DNA of 64,000 nucleotides from Lytechinus pictus (Eukaryota), in the NCBI RefSeq assembly GCF_037042905.1, contig NC_087245.1, positions 31,436,001 through 31,500,000 on the forward strand, in the 5' to 3' direction. The translations under genes and the position numbers were made by a program. The notes beneath the pieces are model-generated. The model worked only from the letters and a program-made list of their open reading frames with translations, searched no databases and was not told where the DNA came from. Every line of letters starts with the position of its first letter. The stretch's first letter is position 1. Below are positions 1 to 14,200 of this stretch, in pieces.

Positions 1-2117
1 CCATGGGGCAGTGACGTAGCTACGGGGGGCCTGGGGGCATGTGCCCCCCTGAGATTTGGTGTGCCCCCCCCCTGAAAAAATTGGCGGAGCAAAAAAAAAG
101 AAAAGAAAAGGAGAAAGAAGAATAGATAGAAGGAGAAAGACAGAAGGAAAAAAGAAGAGGAAAATAGGAGGAAGACGAGTGAATGAGGGGAAGACTTGCA
201 AAAAAACCCAAATCTTTCATGTTACTATATAAAGTTTTCGCTTGCACTTCGCGCCAGAATTGCCTGTTCGATGAGATTCATATCTCGCTCAATAGGCTGA
301 TATGGAGCTTAAAATATCAAGTTTTGAAGTCATTATACAAAACAAATTTCAGCTCGGACATCGAGCTTTTATTGTTTTTTTTTTCATTTACAAATTTAAG
401 TGCTCTGTAAAATGTCCGTTTTATGGTCTACATATTAACATTGTAAGCTCACGCTGCGTGGTCGCATTGTTTCTATTGTTCCTATTGTCTTCGTGTATTT
501 CATAAAGTTATCAAAATATCAATTTTCAGATGTGATTGTCAAACGTAGGCCTATATAAGTTAGCGCTGCGCGCTCGCATTTTGATTGGTGAGTACTCTTT
601 ATCAATTCTATAACCAACAAGCTCCCCTTTTCATTACATTTTATTTCAAAAACCTTTTTTTGAGATCGGTATATCAAATGTTTTCAGCTCGTGCTTGCAT
701 TATTGATCTGCATGATTAAACAAATGTATTCAGAATGCCCAGGTTCTAGGTCTAAATCTAAAACATGCGCGATAGCCTGCATGTTCTTTAGTTAAAATGT
801 GCTTAAATTATCCAGTTTCAGATCAGAATATCAATAATTGTCTGCTCGCATTATTAATGATACCCAATTAACCATATCCATATTCATGATATACAAAATA
901 TATATAGAGTGTCCCGCTTTTAGGTCTAAAATCTCAATTTTCTTCCTCTCGCGCTTCGCACTCGCTTCAATTATTTAGTTACATACCCCATTTGTGATTA
1001 CAAAAACTGCTTATGACCATGTTTTAGGTCGGAATATCACAAAAATTCAGGTCGCGCTTCGCGCTTCCATTATTGAAATATGTACCGTCTTCTTGGGTAA
1101 CTGTAAACAGTCCTTAGCAGGTCCTTTTCGATCATGTTAGAACAGTTATCAACAATTTCTGATCGCGCTTGGCGTTCGCAGTATATTTAGTTACATACGC
1201 ATCTTGTTCAAGATCACAAATTACATTGCCCAGAATATTAAATTTTCAGGACAAAATACATGAAAGTTAAAAAAAATCGCTTGCGCTTTGCGCGCACTTT
1301 TTATATAGGGCTTATGACATTATTTCATATTTATATTGTTTTATAAGAATAAAGCTAAGAAGTGACTGATCGGGGAAAATATAGGTGAAGATAATTTAGG
1401 GCCCCACCCCCTATTGACGAAAGTCGGATCCGCCCTTAATTGTGACCGGCATACACACACACACACAGAGAAAAAATGTTGCCCCCCTGAAAAAGCAAGG
1501 ACCCCGGCCCCCCAGGAAAAAAGCATAGCTATATACGCCACTGCATACGCCACTGCATACCCGGTGCATTTCATCAACATTTTTGTCTGACAAGTTGTCA
1601 GATCTGACATCTTTCCTTGATTCTGATTGGCTGAGAGGCACTGTTACTATAGTAACTGTCGGATCAAATGGGACTTGTCAGATAAAACGTGTCATGAAAC
1701 GCTCCCCAGGTTATAAAAAGCTAAAAAGCGGCTTTTTGACAATTAAGCTTGCCTGAGAAAGCGCCCACTCATTTAGAAAAAATAATGCTAGTTAGTTTAC
1801 TTTTAGTCAAGTCAAGGAGCAGGATTTTTTTTTTTTACAAGTTTCATTGAAAAAAAAAACGGGGGACCCTAAAGGTCCATACCGTATAGCTAACAGCCAT
1901 GTCACGTCAAGTGAAAGGTTTGGGCAAGTCAATGATGAATAATATTACACTGGACGTGATGTATTTTGAAGTTTTACAGAAAAAAATTATCAGACTTGAT
2001 ACCAACCTATAAAAAAAAGATTATTATTCCCGGTATAAAGAGCAACGGAGACAAAACGACTGGTTGTGCGACTATTGCTATTTTGTAGACGGGTCGACTT
2101 GGAAAGGCCGAAAAGAA

Positions 2118-2281
2118 ATGCCTGAAAAAATGACGTCTCTGTACACTCAACTTAGCCCTGATGGGCCCCAGGCTGGTGGTGGACTTGTAGGGGGCCATGC
2201 AGACCTTCCTCCATTAAATTTATTTGAAAGAGAAGCAAATGAAGTCAGAAATCACCGTGTCAATTGGCAGTCATACCTTCA
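2118..2281 (+). CDS. ATP6V1H: ATP6V1H coding exon 1
   Basis: MPEKMTSLY...[16 protein letters not shown](Q); donor CA|gtgagt. The start could be either of the first two ATGs. Confidence 0.9.
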
Positions 2282-5200
2282 GTGAGTAGACTCCCCGACC
2301 CCGACCCCGGGCTGTGTACATGTAGCACACGTACCGGTATGGTAGTGGTCATGTGATGTGATGTGATGCGGTTTGCATGCAAAGCTAATATTAGACCAAA
2401 AAGCTTCGGTCTCTGTTATGTTGGTTGTTCAGCTGAACTCCGTTGGCTTCACTCACCAAATACAGAGACCGAAGTTCTAGCGCGATCTGTACAGGGGACT
2501 CAATGGCCATTAACCCAGGGAGCCCAGGACTGGAGCTTACCGTGTATTTTACCATACTCACGGGACTAGGGTGATTTATGCCATGGTCTAAATATTTCTC
2601 CAAATAAATTGTGAAAACAGAAATTATGCACTTACCACGATTATATGAATGAAGGTCCAACGAGTGGCAGTTTCCTGACATCTGGGCACAAACTGGAACC
2701 TCAAAAAAACGAAAAGTTCTCTCCTACCCCAGTCTCGATCGGCCATTTTGTTACAATTCATAACAAAAATGGCCGATCGAGACGGGGGTAGAAGGAGAGA
2801 ACTTTTCGTTTTCGTCAATTGTTTGCCGTGAAATGTTGTGAGGGTGCAACTACTAAAAGTACTAGTACAATGAATGACGATGTGTGCCGTAATTAATTGG
2901 TTGGAAGGCGTGACAAGTATTCAAAGGGACAAGACGCAAAAATTTTGCTCCGGCGAATCGCTTATTCATGCTTACACCTTCGTCACATTTGCTATACGGC
3001 GGCTGTACGGCGAGTCAATAACAGCCGTTTTAACATTTTATGTACGAGCTACATAATGTGGTTTGTATAAAAATGAATAAAACGGCTGCATTCGACTCGC
3101 CGTACGGCCGCCTTAGAGCAAATGTGACCAAGGTATTAGTACCTGATGATGTGAGCTTCCAAAAATATGTATATAATTCCCGTAAATTCCTGACAAAGAT
3201 GGAAAGGAGAAAAAAATTTGTTTTGGCTACCAGCGGAAGTAAAATGCGATCCGTCAAAGCATTCGATCAACCGCGGCGACCGCGCACAACGTCTACAGGC
3301 GCTGGACCCACTGAATCAGCTTGCAGAGCTCTGTTCGTTCCTGAAGATGTGACTACAACCGTGCCTAATAATAATTCCAAAAGCGCTGACAAATACGGCC
3401 GCATTGTCACTGGTACGTGATTCCTCCGAATTAGTCCTCAGAAAAGTTTAGTCACGACTCAGTATCGTTCTTGCTGTATACCCGCACGCTTAATATCAGT
3501 TTAATAGATACCATGTGCGCGCAAGCATACACAATACAAGGTACTTGAGGCAGAGCTTTGCCGCTATGAAACAAAATTCTCTTTACGCTACGTATAGCTC
3601 CAATAGCTCTAGCTTTTGCAGTAGCGTACGCAGAATTTTTGAAAGGTAGAGTTCGAGTTCAATGAAAATTTGAGGTTTTCACTCCCCCCCATTAGGTCTT
3701 TTCATAACAAAAAAATTACAAGCAATTTTTTAAATCTAAGTGGAGGGGGGGGTGAACTCCTGCAACATTCCCTGACCTTACCTCGGTCATTTTTGCTCTA
3801 TGACGGCCGTACGGCGAGTCAAAAACAACCGTTTTAACATTTTTTTTTGTAATAGCTACAAACACGTGGTCTGAATAAAAATGGATAAAACAGGTGTTTC
3901 CGACTCACCGTACGGCCGCCGTATAGAGCAAATATGACCGAGGCATTAGGAACGCAAAATCATGAGGATGGAAACTTGGATAAAGCAATGTTCATTATTC
4001 AATATTTGTTATGATTTCTCTTAATATCATGAAATGGCTGAGCAAATTACTTGTATATTTCTTAAAATAACTCAAAATGATGAAGAAACGAGTATCGATT
4101 TGAAATTATGAAATGATGAAGATTGACTTGCATTTTTACATTACAAATTTTTATTTTGCTTCTCAAATGGGGGGCATGGACCGACTGTGCCCCCCCCCCC
4201 CCTGCATCCGCCTCCAATGCTCATGGGTACTAGCATTCGTATTTATGCATACAACTTATTGAAATCCTCATCCATTCCCATTTCCCAGTCATGTTCAGTT
4301 CTTAATCTCCTTTGTTATTCGTTCTTTGAGTAGTTCGTAGTGGTCAAGAATTTGTTTAAATTATTCTCAAGACCCCAATGCACTTGAGTTACTTCGTTTT
4401 AGGAAAGATAACTCTTAAAGTCCCTTTGAAGCTTTGAAGTGAATGCCCCGGAGCGACTTGAATGGGTTCGATTAACTACACCGTCTCGCACGTGTTGCGA
4501 ACAAAGAAGGTGTGAAAATTACAATTAACAACTAACAATAGGAAGAATCCGTTTCAACTGAAGTTACGCAACGATCTCTGATAATCTCTAATTGTGCTTT
4601 CTTGACCCCAATGAATCCTCCCAAACCACATTGTCCAATGACGGAACTACTACAAGTAGTCAGCGTTTGTGAAAACGGAATGATGATCGAGGATGATATA
4701 ATGGTGATGGTAATACTGATGTTGGTGATAATGAAGAAGGATAAGGAGGATGAGGATGAAAGCGGTGGTAATGATGATGACGATAATAACATTTTTTTTG
4801 TTTTTTAATCTATAAGCATAATGATGTGTGAATAAAAAACAAGACATTATGATCGTGATGATGATATCGAAAAGAAAGGTAATGATGGCTGATTATGATA
4901 ATGGTGATGATTATGATTGTAATCCCAGCGATGATGACAATGACAAGAATGGTGATAATAATAATTATAATGTTGTTATAATGGTGATGTTAATAATGAT
5001 CGTAATTGATCACGAGAATATTTATTACGACAAGATTGATGATTATGGTAGCAATATAGTGATGATCAGAGGATAATATTTTGCTGTGGGGGACAATAAT
5101 GATGCACCCTATGAACGAAAGGTATATCAAATCTATTTTAACTTGTTGACACCTAAAAACAACTTTAAAACATGTTGTGATAGATCGCACACCCATCTGA

Positions 5201-8200
5201 GATGTTTGTGACTTCTATTCTGTTTTATTTACGTTTCCAACATCGTCGAGAAAAGACGTATTTAATATTTCTTAACGGAGAACAAGGGATCATAACGAAA
5301 GGTATATCAAATCTATTTTAACTTGTTGACCCCTCGAAAATATTTCAATCATGCCCTGATAGATCGCACACCCATCGAGATGTTTGTGACTTCTATTCTG
5401 TTTTATTTACGTTTCCAACATCGTCGAGAAAAGACGTATTTAATATTTCTTTACGGAGAACAGGGGATCATAACGAAAGGTAAATCAAATCTATTTTAAC
5501 TTGTTGACCCCTAAAAACGACTTTAAAACATGTTGTGATAGATCGCACACCCATCTGAGATGTTTGTGACTTCTATTCTGTTTTATTTACGTTTCCAACA
5601 TCGTCGAGAAAAGACGTATTTAATATTTCTTAACGGAGAACAAGGGATCATAACGAAAGGTATATCAAATCTTTTTTAACTTGTTGACCCCTCAAAAATT
5701 TTTCAATCATGCCCTGATAGATCGCACACCCATCTGAGATGTTTGTGACTTCTATTTTGTTTTATTTACGTTTCCAACATCGTCGAGAAAAGACGTATTG
5801 AATATTTTTAACGGACAACAAGGGATCACAACGAAAGGTATATCAAATATATTTTAACTTGTTGACACCTAAAAACAATTTTAAAACATGTCCTGATAGA
5901 TCGCACACCCATCTGAGATGTTTGTGACTTCTATTTTGTTTTATTTACGTTTCCAACATCGTCGAGAAAAGACGTATTGAATATTTTTAACGGACAACAA
6001 GGGATAAAAACGAAAGGTATATCAAATATATTTTAACTTGTTGACCCCGCGAAAAATATGTATCACCAATAAATATGAGATGCTACCAACTTCTATTTTG
6101 TTTTATCGACGTTTCCAACTTTGTCGAGAAAATGCATCTTTAATATTTCTTTACGGAGAACAGGGGATCATAACGAAAGGTAAATCAAATCTATTTTAAC
6201 TTGTTGACCCCTAAAAACAACTTTAAAACATGTTGTGATAGATCGCACACCCATCTGAGATGTTTGTGACTTCTATTCTGTTTTATTTACGTTTCCAACA
6301 TCGTCGAGAAAAGACGTATTTAATATTTCTTAACGGAGAACAAGGGATCATAACGAAAGGTATATCAAATCTTTTTTAACTTGTTGACCCCTCGAAAATT
6401 TTTCAATCATGCCCTGATAGATCGCACACCCATCTGAGATGTTTGTGACTTCTATTTTGTTTTCTCTACGTTTCCAACATCGTCGAGAAAAGACGTATTT
6501 AATATTTCATAACGGAGAACAAGGGATCACAACGAAAGGTATATCAAATATATTTTAACTTGTTGACACCTAAAAACAATTTTAAAACATGTCCTGATAG
6601 ATCGCACACCCATCTGAGATGTTTGTGACTTCTATTCCTTTTTATTTACGTTTCCAACATCGTCGAGAAAAGACGTATTTAATATTTCTTAACGGAGAAC
6701 AAGGGATCACAACGAAAGGATATCAAATATATTTTAACTTGTTGACACCTAAAAACAATTTTAAAACATGTCCTGATAGATCGCACACCCATCTGAGATG
6801 TTTGTGACTTCTATTTTGTTTTATTTACGTTTCCAACATCGTCGAGAAAAGACGTATTGAATATTTTTAATGGACAACAAGGGATCAAAGCGAAAGGTAT
6901 ATCAAATATATTTTAACTTGTTGACCCCTCGAAAAATATGTATCACCAATAAATATGAGATGCTACCAACTTCTATTTTGTTTTATCGACGTTTCCAACT
7001 TTGTCGAGAAAATGCATCTTTAATATTTCTTTACGGAGAACAGGGGATCATAACGAAAGGTATATCAAATCTATTTTAACTTGTTGACCCCTAAAAACAA
7101 CTTTAAAACATGTGGTGATAGATCGCACACCCATCTGAGATGTTTGTGACTTCTATTCTGTTTTATTTACGTTTCCAACATCGTCGAGAAAAGACGTATT
7201 TAATATTTCTTAACGGAGAACAAGGGATCACAACGAAAGGTATATCAAATATATTTTAACTTGTTGACACCTAAAAACAATTTTAAAACATGTCCTGATA
7301 GATCGCAAACTATTCTGAGATGTTTGTGACTTCTATTCTGTTTTACTTTCCTTTCGTCAATTATATTTCGTCATGGAGAACGGGAGTTCATAACGAAAGG
7401 TATACAAAATATATTTTCACTCGTTCGCCCCTCAAAACAATTTAAAAGCATGTCCTAATTCGCCACCGGTTTGCTTGCGCGACTCTCGTAAACACGGATT
7501 TTTTTTTTTTAATTGGTACTTTGTACAGGAAGCTACCAGGCAACCCCTATTCCCCCTCTCGTAGATCCGCCCGCACCTCACGCGCTGCATTCGCTGCAAA
7601 GCTTCGCTGCAAATGTTATCCGACGTGCACACCGAACACTGACCTCATTTTATGTGAAGTGTACGCTGGCGCGCTGTGTGTGTGTGTGTATGTGAACTTG
7701 CACTATTCAGTGTATTCTCGTGCGACGCTCCGGCGGATTAGCCAATAGCGATAGAGATATTAATTGCCCCGTTCCCCAGCGTGTACAGATTATGCAAATT
7801 AGCTTTAATGTAGAATATAACGGTACTTCGTACTAATCTCTTGGAACTCCTTTGCACACTCTCATTATGGAACAATGGCTATGCAGGCGTTGGAACGCAT
7901 TTGGGCTTTTGACGCCTCGCCTTAGAAGCCGCCTGGCTACTCGTACACAGACGGCTCGCTGGCGTGCAGCCACCATTAGGGGGTGAACAATGCAAAATCC
8001 CCCCGACGGGGCACATCGATTTTAGTCTTTATTTCATAGAAATATTGAAAAAAGAATTGAACCAAAATAGAGATTATTCGATTTTGGCGTGAAATGCACC
8101 AAAACGGGAAAAATAAACTTAAAAAGGCGAAAAACAGTGACTTACTTCGACTGTCGCGCAACTTCACTTCCCCGTTTTATCCGAGCTTAAGTACATAAAT

Positions 8201-11200
8201 TAATAATACTAATAGGTTAATCAAATTAAATTTAGACTCACTGATTTTAAAACCAATTACAATAATCTTTTCTTCTAAATAAATGTCTTTTTTAAACCAA
8301 TCTAATATTAAAGTGTGAACCTTTTTCCAAAAATCAGTTACTTGGTGACATTTTAACAAAACGTGAATAGATGATTCAGGTTCGTTAAAAAATGAGCAAA
8401 TAATGTTTGACGAGATCTTCCATTTAAAAAGATTTTCTCTAAATGGCAAAATATTGTGCAGTAATTTGAAATTAAATTGTCTCACTTTATTATATCTGAC
8501 ATTTTTCAACTTAAAATCTAATACGTGCTTCCATTCATAATCTATTGGTAGTTGACAAATTTCCTCCCACCACCCTGAAACAGGGGGGTTCTCTTGTTCT
8601 GATTCATTTAGTAATGAATAAAAATGTTTTGCTTTCATGCGACAAACTTTAATGAAATCACCAGATGATATTTCAAACATTTCTGGTTCAATTTTTGTTT
8701 CATCTTTGGTGTAAACTGTATTTCTTATTTCACTCACCCATACTTTTGGAAATGCCTTTTTCAATTTAGAAAATTTAAAATTTATTAACAATGAATTTGT
8801 GCCCAATCGTCTTTGTAATGAGTCACGATATCCACTGCCCATTTTTAAAAAGGTCACTGACTTTTTCAATCTCGTTAGCTTTCCACTCTTTAAAATATAA
8901 GAGGTCATTTCCGTGTTTGATATTGCTGTTGTACCATAATACTTGATCGAATACATCTTTAACGTTATAAAAGTGAACATATCTCAGTTCACTCCAGTAC
9001 ACAAGTAGATTGACATAAAACTCTGGTAATTTGAACTTCGTACATAAAAAAGCATATCTTTACTCGAACTGTTCATTCTCAAAACCTCCGATACATCTCC
9101 GATGAGGTTTATCCAGAATTTAAAAAATAGTCTCCATTGTGACTTGTCACCTTTAAGGTATTTTGTGAACCAAGATAATTGTAATGATAAAAATTTAGTT
9201 CTTAGGTTTACCATATCTAAACCCCAATTTTCTGGAGAGCGAGTAACAACCGCTCTCTTGACTTTTTCTTTTTTGGAACCCCAAAGAAAACTGTAAATTA
9301 ATTTGTTAAGTTTAGTCATGGTATTCTTTGGAATTGGTAAACATGTCCCAATGTATACAAATTGGGAAACAATAAGTGTTCTTATAATTGTTCTCAGTTT
9401 TTCAAGATATTAATTTAGATAAAGAGATATTTGACTGTGCGCAAAATTTGGTAACGCACGAATTAAGGTCACACCACCATATACCAAGTTGTTGGGTGTC
9501 CGGACAGGTTGTGTGTCGGTCGATCAATTTTAGAAAGTTATTTGATAACATTTACAAGCGAAGTTTCATCAATTTTTAGTACAAAATGTTAGGAAATATT
9601 AGGCCTATAGAGAACAAAAAAAGATGATTACAACTATTGAATTCATATTTTTAGTGTAATCCAAAGACAAAAAAGGAGGGCTTCAAAAATATAAAGTGTT
9701 CTGACACCCGACCCCCCATCCTAGGTACCGGTAACTTAGATCTACAACAGCTGCAGTGCAGTGTAACTGTTAGGGCCCAAGTTAGAATGCATTTTAAAGG
9801 AGTGTTTTGTTTTGTTTTGTATGCGGGCCGCGCATGCACACATATGGGTATCAAAACACTGATTTTTTTAAAAAGGGTGGTTTTGTGAAACTGGTCAATT
9901 GCGGGGTCAGACATATTTTTTTAATCAAAGCTTTTTTTTAAAGTCTAGCCAAACGTGTTTATTTTAGAGTACCGGTATGTTTTTTCCCCAAGCTTTTTCA
10001 CCGGGGCTTTTATTCCTCCTCGTTTCTGAAAGTGTTCGGGCCCGAGACAAAACCTGTTTAGGGGATATATTTTGGTGACAACTTGTTAAGGGGCCAAATT
10101 GTGTAAATTAATCCCACAAAAAACTTGTTTTGGGGGTTATTTTGCACACTGAGAAAAACTCATTTAGGGGGTGTTTGGAAATAATTTGGTCATGCATGTG
10201 TAGAGCAATACATTTGACTAGCCCTCTGGGGAACAAATACATGTATGTATAGCCATTATAGAGGAGTTGGTTGGAACTATGGTTCTGGAAGTGACGCCAC
10301 AATGTGACTAGATTCTTCATGTAGTTTCCTGAGGGGCACAGCCCCAAAACTGGCAAAGGAAAATGATCGCATTCACGTTAGGATAGGAGGACATAGTCTG
10401 GTCATACTAGTTCACCAGACCTCCGAACAAAGGCTGTATAGGCCTATGTAACCATCATCAGTATTAAAGCGACTTTACATTGACAAATCATGGGGAAATC
10501 AAGGCTAATCTAAAAATAGAGAAGGGATTCAAGTCTTTCACTCGGCTGCATGCCTGGGGTGTTTCGTAATAGATGCCGGCGTGTCTGGGAGGTCTAATCT
10601 TAGGAGAGCAATAGTTAGTAGACTAACCAACCAGAAGTAAACTGCATGTTTTCACTTTGAAACGTACCTCCACAGAGGTTATTTATTTTGCTTTAGCAAT
10701 CAAGAGACCTGCTATGAGTCTAGGGATTGGGATTGTTGGAAGCTAGAACTGCGACGATCCGAAGTAAATAACCATCGGTCAAATTCATGTGCTGTCCGAA
10801 TTTTATTGCATTAGTCCGACGGGCGCTCATGACGGACGGATTATATTATGCAAGTCAATTGGCCTTTTGCAAATTTCGTATTGATTCAATTTCCCCATGA
10901 TTTGTCAGTTGCCAGGCCCTTTAACTCTTGCATTTCATTTAAATACAACAGATAGGTAAGGTAAGGAAATAATTATAAGAAATCCCGGTCTTTGAGTGAG
11001 AAATGATTAATAATATTTGATAAAGATGATTGATCATTGCGTGTATGCGCACTGTTGTTACAATCTCCATGCGATTGATTAAAGCTTTGCCCGGCCCATC
11101 AAGCCGTAGATACCTGTAGTTATTGAACTATTTGCAGCTTGGGGTACTATTCTTGGCTTGTGACGTCATCAATGTCTGGATTCATGGCATTTTCCCGATT

Positions 11201-14200
11201 TCGTAAAAGTGGTTTGAACTAGTATGGTCACATGACAGAGTTTAGACCAATCGCCTGGTCAGATTAATATCATTATGGATACAATAATAATTATAGACAG
11301 GGCATTTAGAGAGTAAATGTATTTAAAGATGTAATTGTAAATCCGAAATGCCCAGTTGTTGTAGTTTGTAATGGGTCGTTTCCTCATCCAAATGACCTCC
11401 TAAATATACTCTCAGTGTGTCTGTCACAAGGTTGATGAGCTGCTAGGTAGTAGCAGATGTCCAGAAGGTGGATCAGGATGGGTGTTGTTATATATAATCA
11501 ACAGTGGTGGTGGATGTGAGATTGCAGTAGCAAGAAGATAGAGATTGGTATGTGTGAAGTCCAGTGAGCTGGCTTGATCCTGCATGTAGCTGGTAGAAGG
11601 TTAATGAGAATGGAAGGCATTTCCGTATAGGAGGCTTGTATCAGGACAGCAACTATTATGTGGCTCAGAAACATGGAATTTGAAGACAATAGAAAAGGAA
11701 GGTATCTAGAAAAGAGAGAAAAAAAGAGCCATGATACAAAAAAATTGTGTGGTGTTAAAATATCGAGAGAAAAAATGAAAAAACGAATAAGCTGTCATGG
11801 AAGTGCTGAAGTGGGAAAGAGAAGTGGTTTTTAGATGGATAGGCCTTGTGTTGAAGAGGGTTGATGATGAGCCTGTAAAAAGAACATGAGATAGTTCTGG
11901 GCCCCGTCTTACAAAGAGTTACGATTGATCCGATCAATCGCAACTATGGAAGGCCAGCAACGTCAACATCAATTATTCATGTTTGTTAAAAATATTTTCT
12001 AGCGATGATGTATATTCATGCATTCATTGTTTTCTTGAAAATTCACTGTGCTTCTCTTTGCATACAAAGGACATTGTGCAAATTTTTCGTAGAAAAAATT
12101 ATGACACTGATGGATTTCCTAGAGTTTCGATTGATTGGATCAATCGTAACTCTTTTGTAAGATGGGGCCCTGGTAGTAGATGGCATAAAAAAGGGAAGAC
12201 CATGGTTTACATTGAAAGAATAGGTGATGAAGGAAAGATGGGAAGAAAGCAACAAATCACTGAAAATTTCCTTTTCATAAAGGCAAGTTTGGTCACTCAT
12301 GTCTGGGATAGCATGTGAAATTAATTAGAAGTAGAATTAGATGTAGACCAGGGGCCCATTTCATAAAGAGTTAAAATTATGGCAACTACCATGGAAACCT
12401 TGATTCTGATTGGCTGCTGAGCCCTGTTACCATGGTAGTTGCCATAGTGGCAAAGTTACAACAGTTGTAAGTCCTTTATGAAACTGGCCCCAGTCCTAAA
12501 TGAGTTTTTACTGACCTGTATCAATGATTATTTACATCTGGGACCGACCTTTAACACCACCAATTGAAAGATACATGTATGACTGGGGTTTGTGACTTCT
12601 GCATTATTAAAAAAATAAAAACTACCCAATGTTCTTTCCCCGCCCTCTGAGTTCACTCCCTCGCAAGATCGTCCGTTTGCATAAAATCTCCTTGATTCTG
12701 TCATCCCAGTGTTGGTACTTGGTACATAGCTCTTCCTTTATATTGATAGTAAAATGAGACCTGTATGTACATGTAATTTATTATAATAGCACCCAAGGGG
12801 AAAAGAAAAGTTGTTCACGCAGGTGGTCTTTATGTGGAGGTTTCTCTTATGCTTGTTTTATTTTGAAATATAGGCAAGTTCAATAAACTTATCTTTACAG
12901 ACAGGTTGTCCCTTTATACAGGTTTGACTGTCCTTAAAACCTTTCATGAATGCATCCAGACTTGTCGGATATTTAAAGGACAAGTCCACCCCAACAAAAG
13001 TTGATTTGAATAAAAAGAGAAAAATCCAACAAGCATAACACTGAAAATTTCATTAAAATCGGATGTAAAATAAGAAAGTTATGACATTTTAAAGTTTCGC
13101 TTAATTTCACAAAACAGTTATATTCACATCCTTGTCAGTATGCAAATGAGGAGACTGATGACATCAATCACTCACTATTTCTTTTGTATTTTATTATGTG
13201 AAATATGAAATATTCAAATTTCCTCCCTGTTGTCATGTGAAACAACAATTAATGCCTCCCTGAACATGTGCAATTAGCATTGTTAAATACTATTTGGTTC
13301 AATCATGTTGGTCCTTATTGTCAAATCTGTAAAAAATGAAATATTGTATAATTCAAACAATAAAAAACAAAAGAAATAGTGAGTGATGGACATCATCGAC
13401 TGTCTCATTTGCATGTCACTGAGTTGTGCATATCACTGTTTTGTGACAAATAAGCAAAACTTTAAAATGTCATAACTTTCTTATTTTACATCTGATTTTG
13501 ATAAGATTTTCAGCATAATGCTTGTTTGATTTTTCTCTATTTATTCAAATCAACATTTTTCTGGGGTGGACTTGACCTTTAATACTCCTTTGTGTTTCAA
13601 CTGGATGAAGCTTGTGTGTACAAACATTGTAGATCTCTATCACAGGAAATGAGCCAACCCTGTACTACACATTTGGCTACATCTCCATGTTAGGAGGTAG
13701 GATTTACAATGAAGAATGGAAATTTGAGTTAACTCATTCATGCAAAATATTAATGAGTTCATGAATTGCATGATAGATGAGAAGCATAGGCTACATGTAC
13801 TGTGATTTTGTTGTTGTTGTGTATAGTAATTTGTTTCCTGTATCAATTATTGATGTGCATCAGTTCTCAGTAGATAATCCCTATAAAGGTTATAATGTAG
13901 AATGGGCACATTTTGAGCAATGTAATTGTGACATTGATGTGATCTCATAAATCATACATGTATTTATGGAAAATTTCTATTGAAACACTTTATAATTTTG
14001 GAGAATACACGCACCATAATCTCCCCCCCCCCCCCACAATAAAATTAATCCTTAGTTCTCTATGCGCCTTGAGCACTTTGCAGAGTGAATTTGAGGTTTC
14101 ATATGTCACATTATTAAGTATAGTTCATACCTTGGAGGTAGACTTACCCTTCTGCAACCATCAAGATTGTAACCGGTAAGTTTTGTGCTATTAAAGGCTC

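Noticed and set aside
3040..3420. 126-aa ORF
   Set aside because: It begins inside a MITE, with no recognisable domain or splice support.
5113..7460. CRISPR array or coding repeat (ORFs 6619..6807, 6870..7079)
   Set aside because: Whole 180-bp units repeat, with frame-breaking indels. It is satellite DNA.
8177..8980. Intact 267-aa nested gene in ATP6V1H intron 1
   Set aside because: It is the 3' part of a frameshifted L1/Tx1-type ORF2 without the RT catalytic core.
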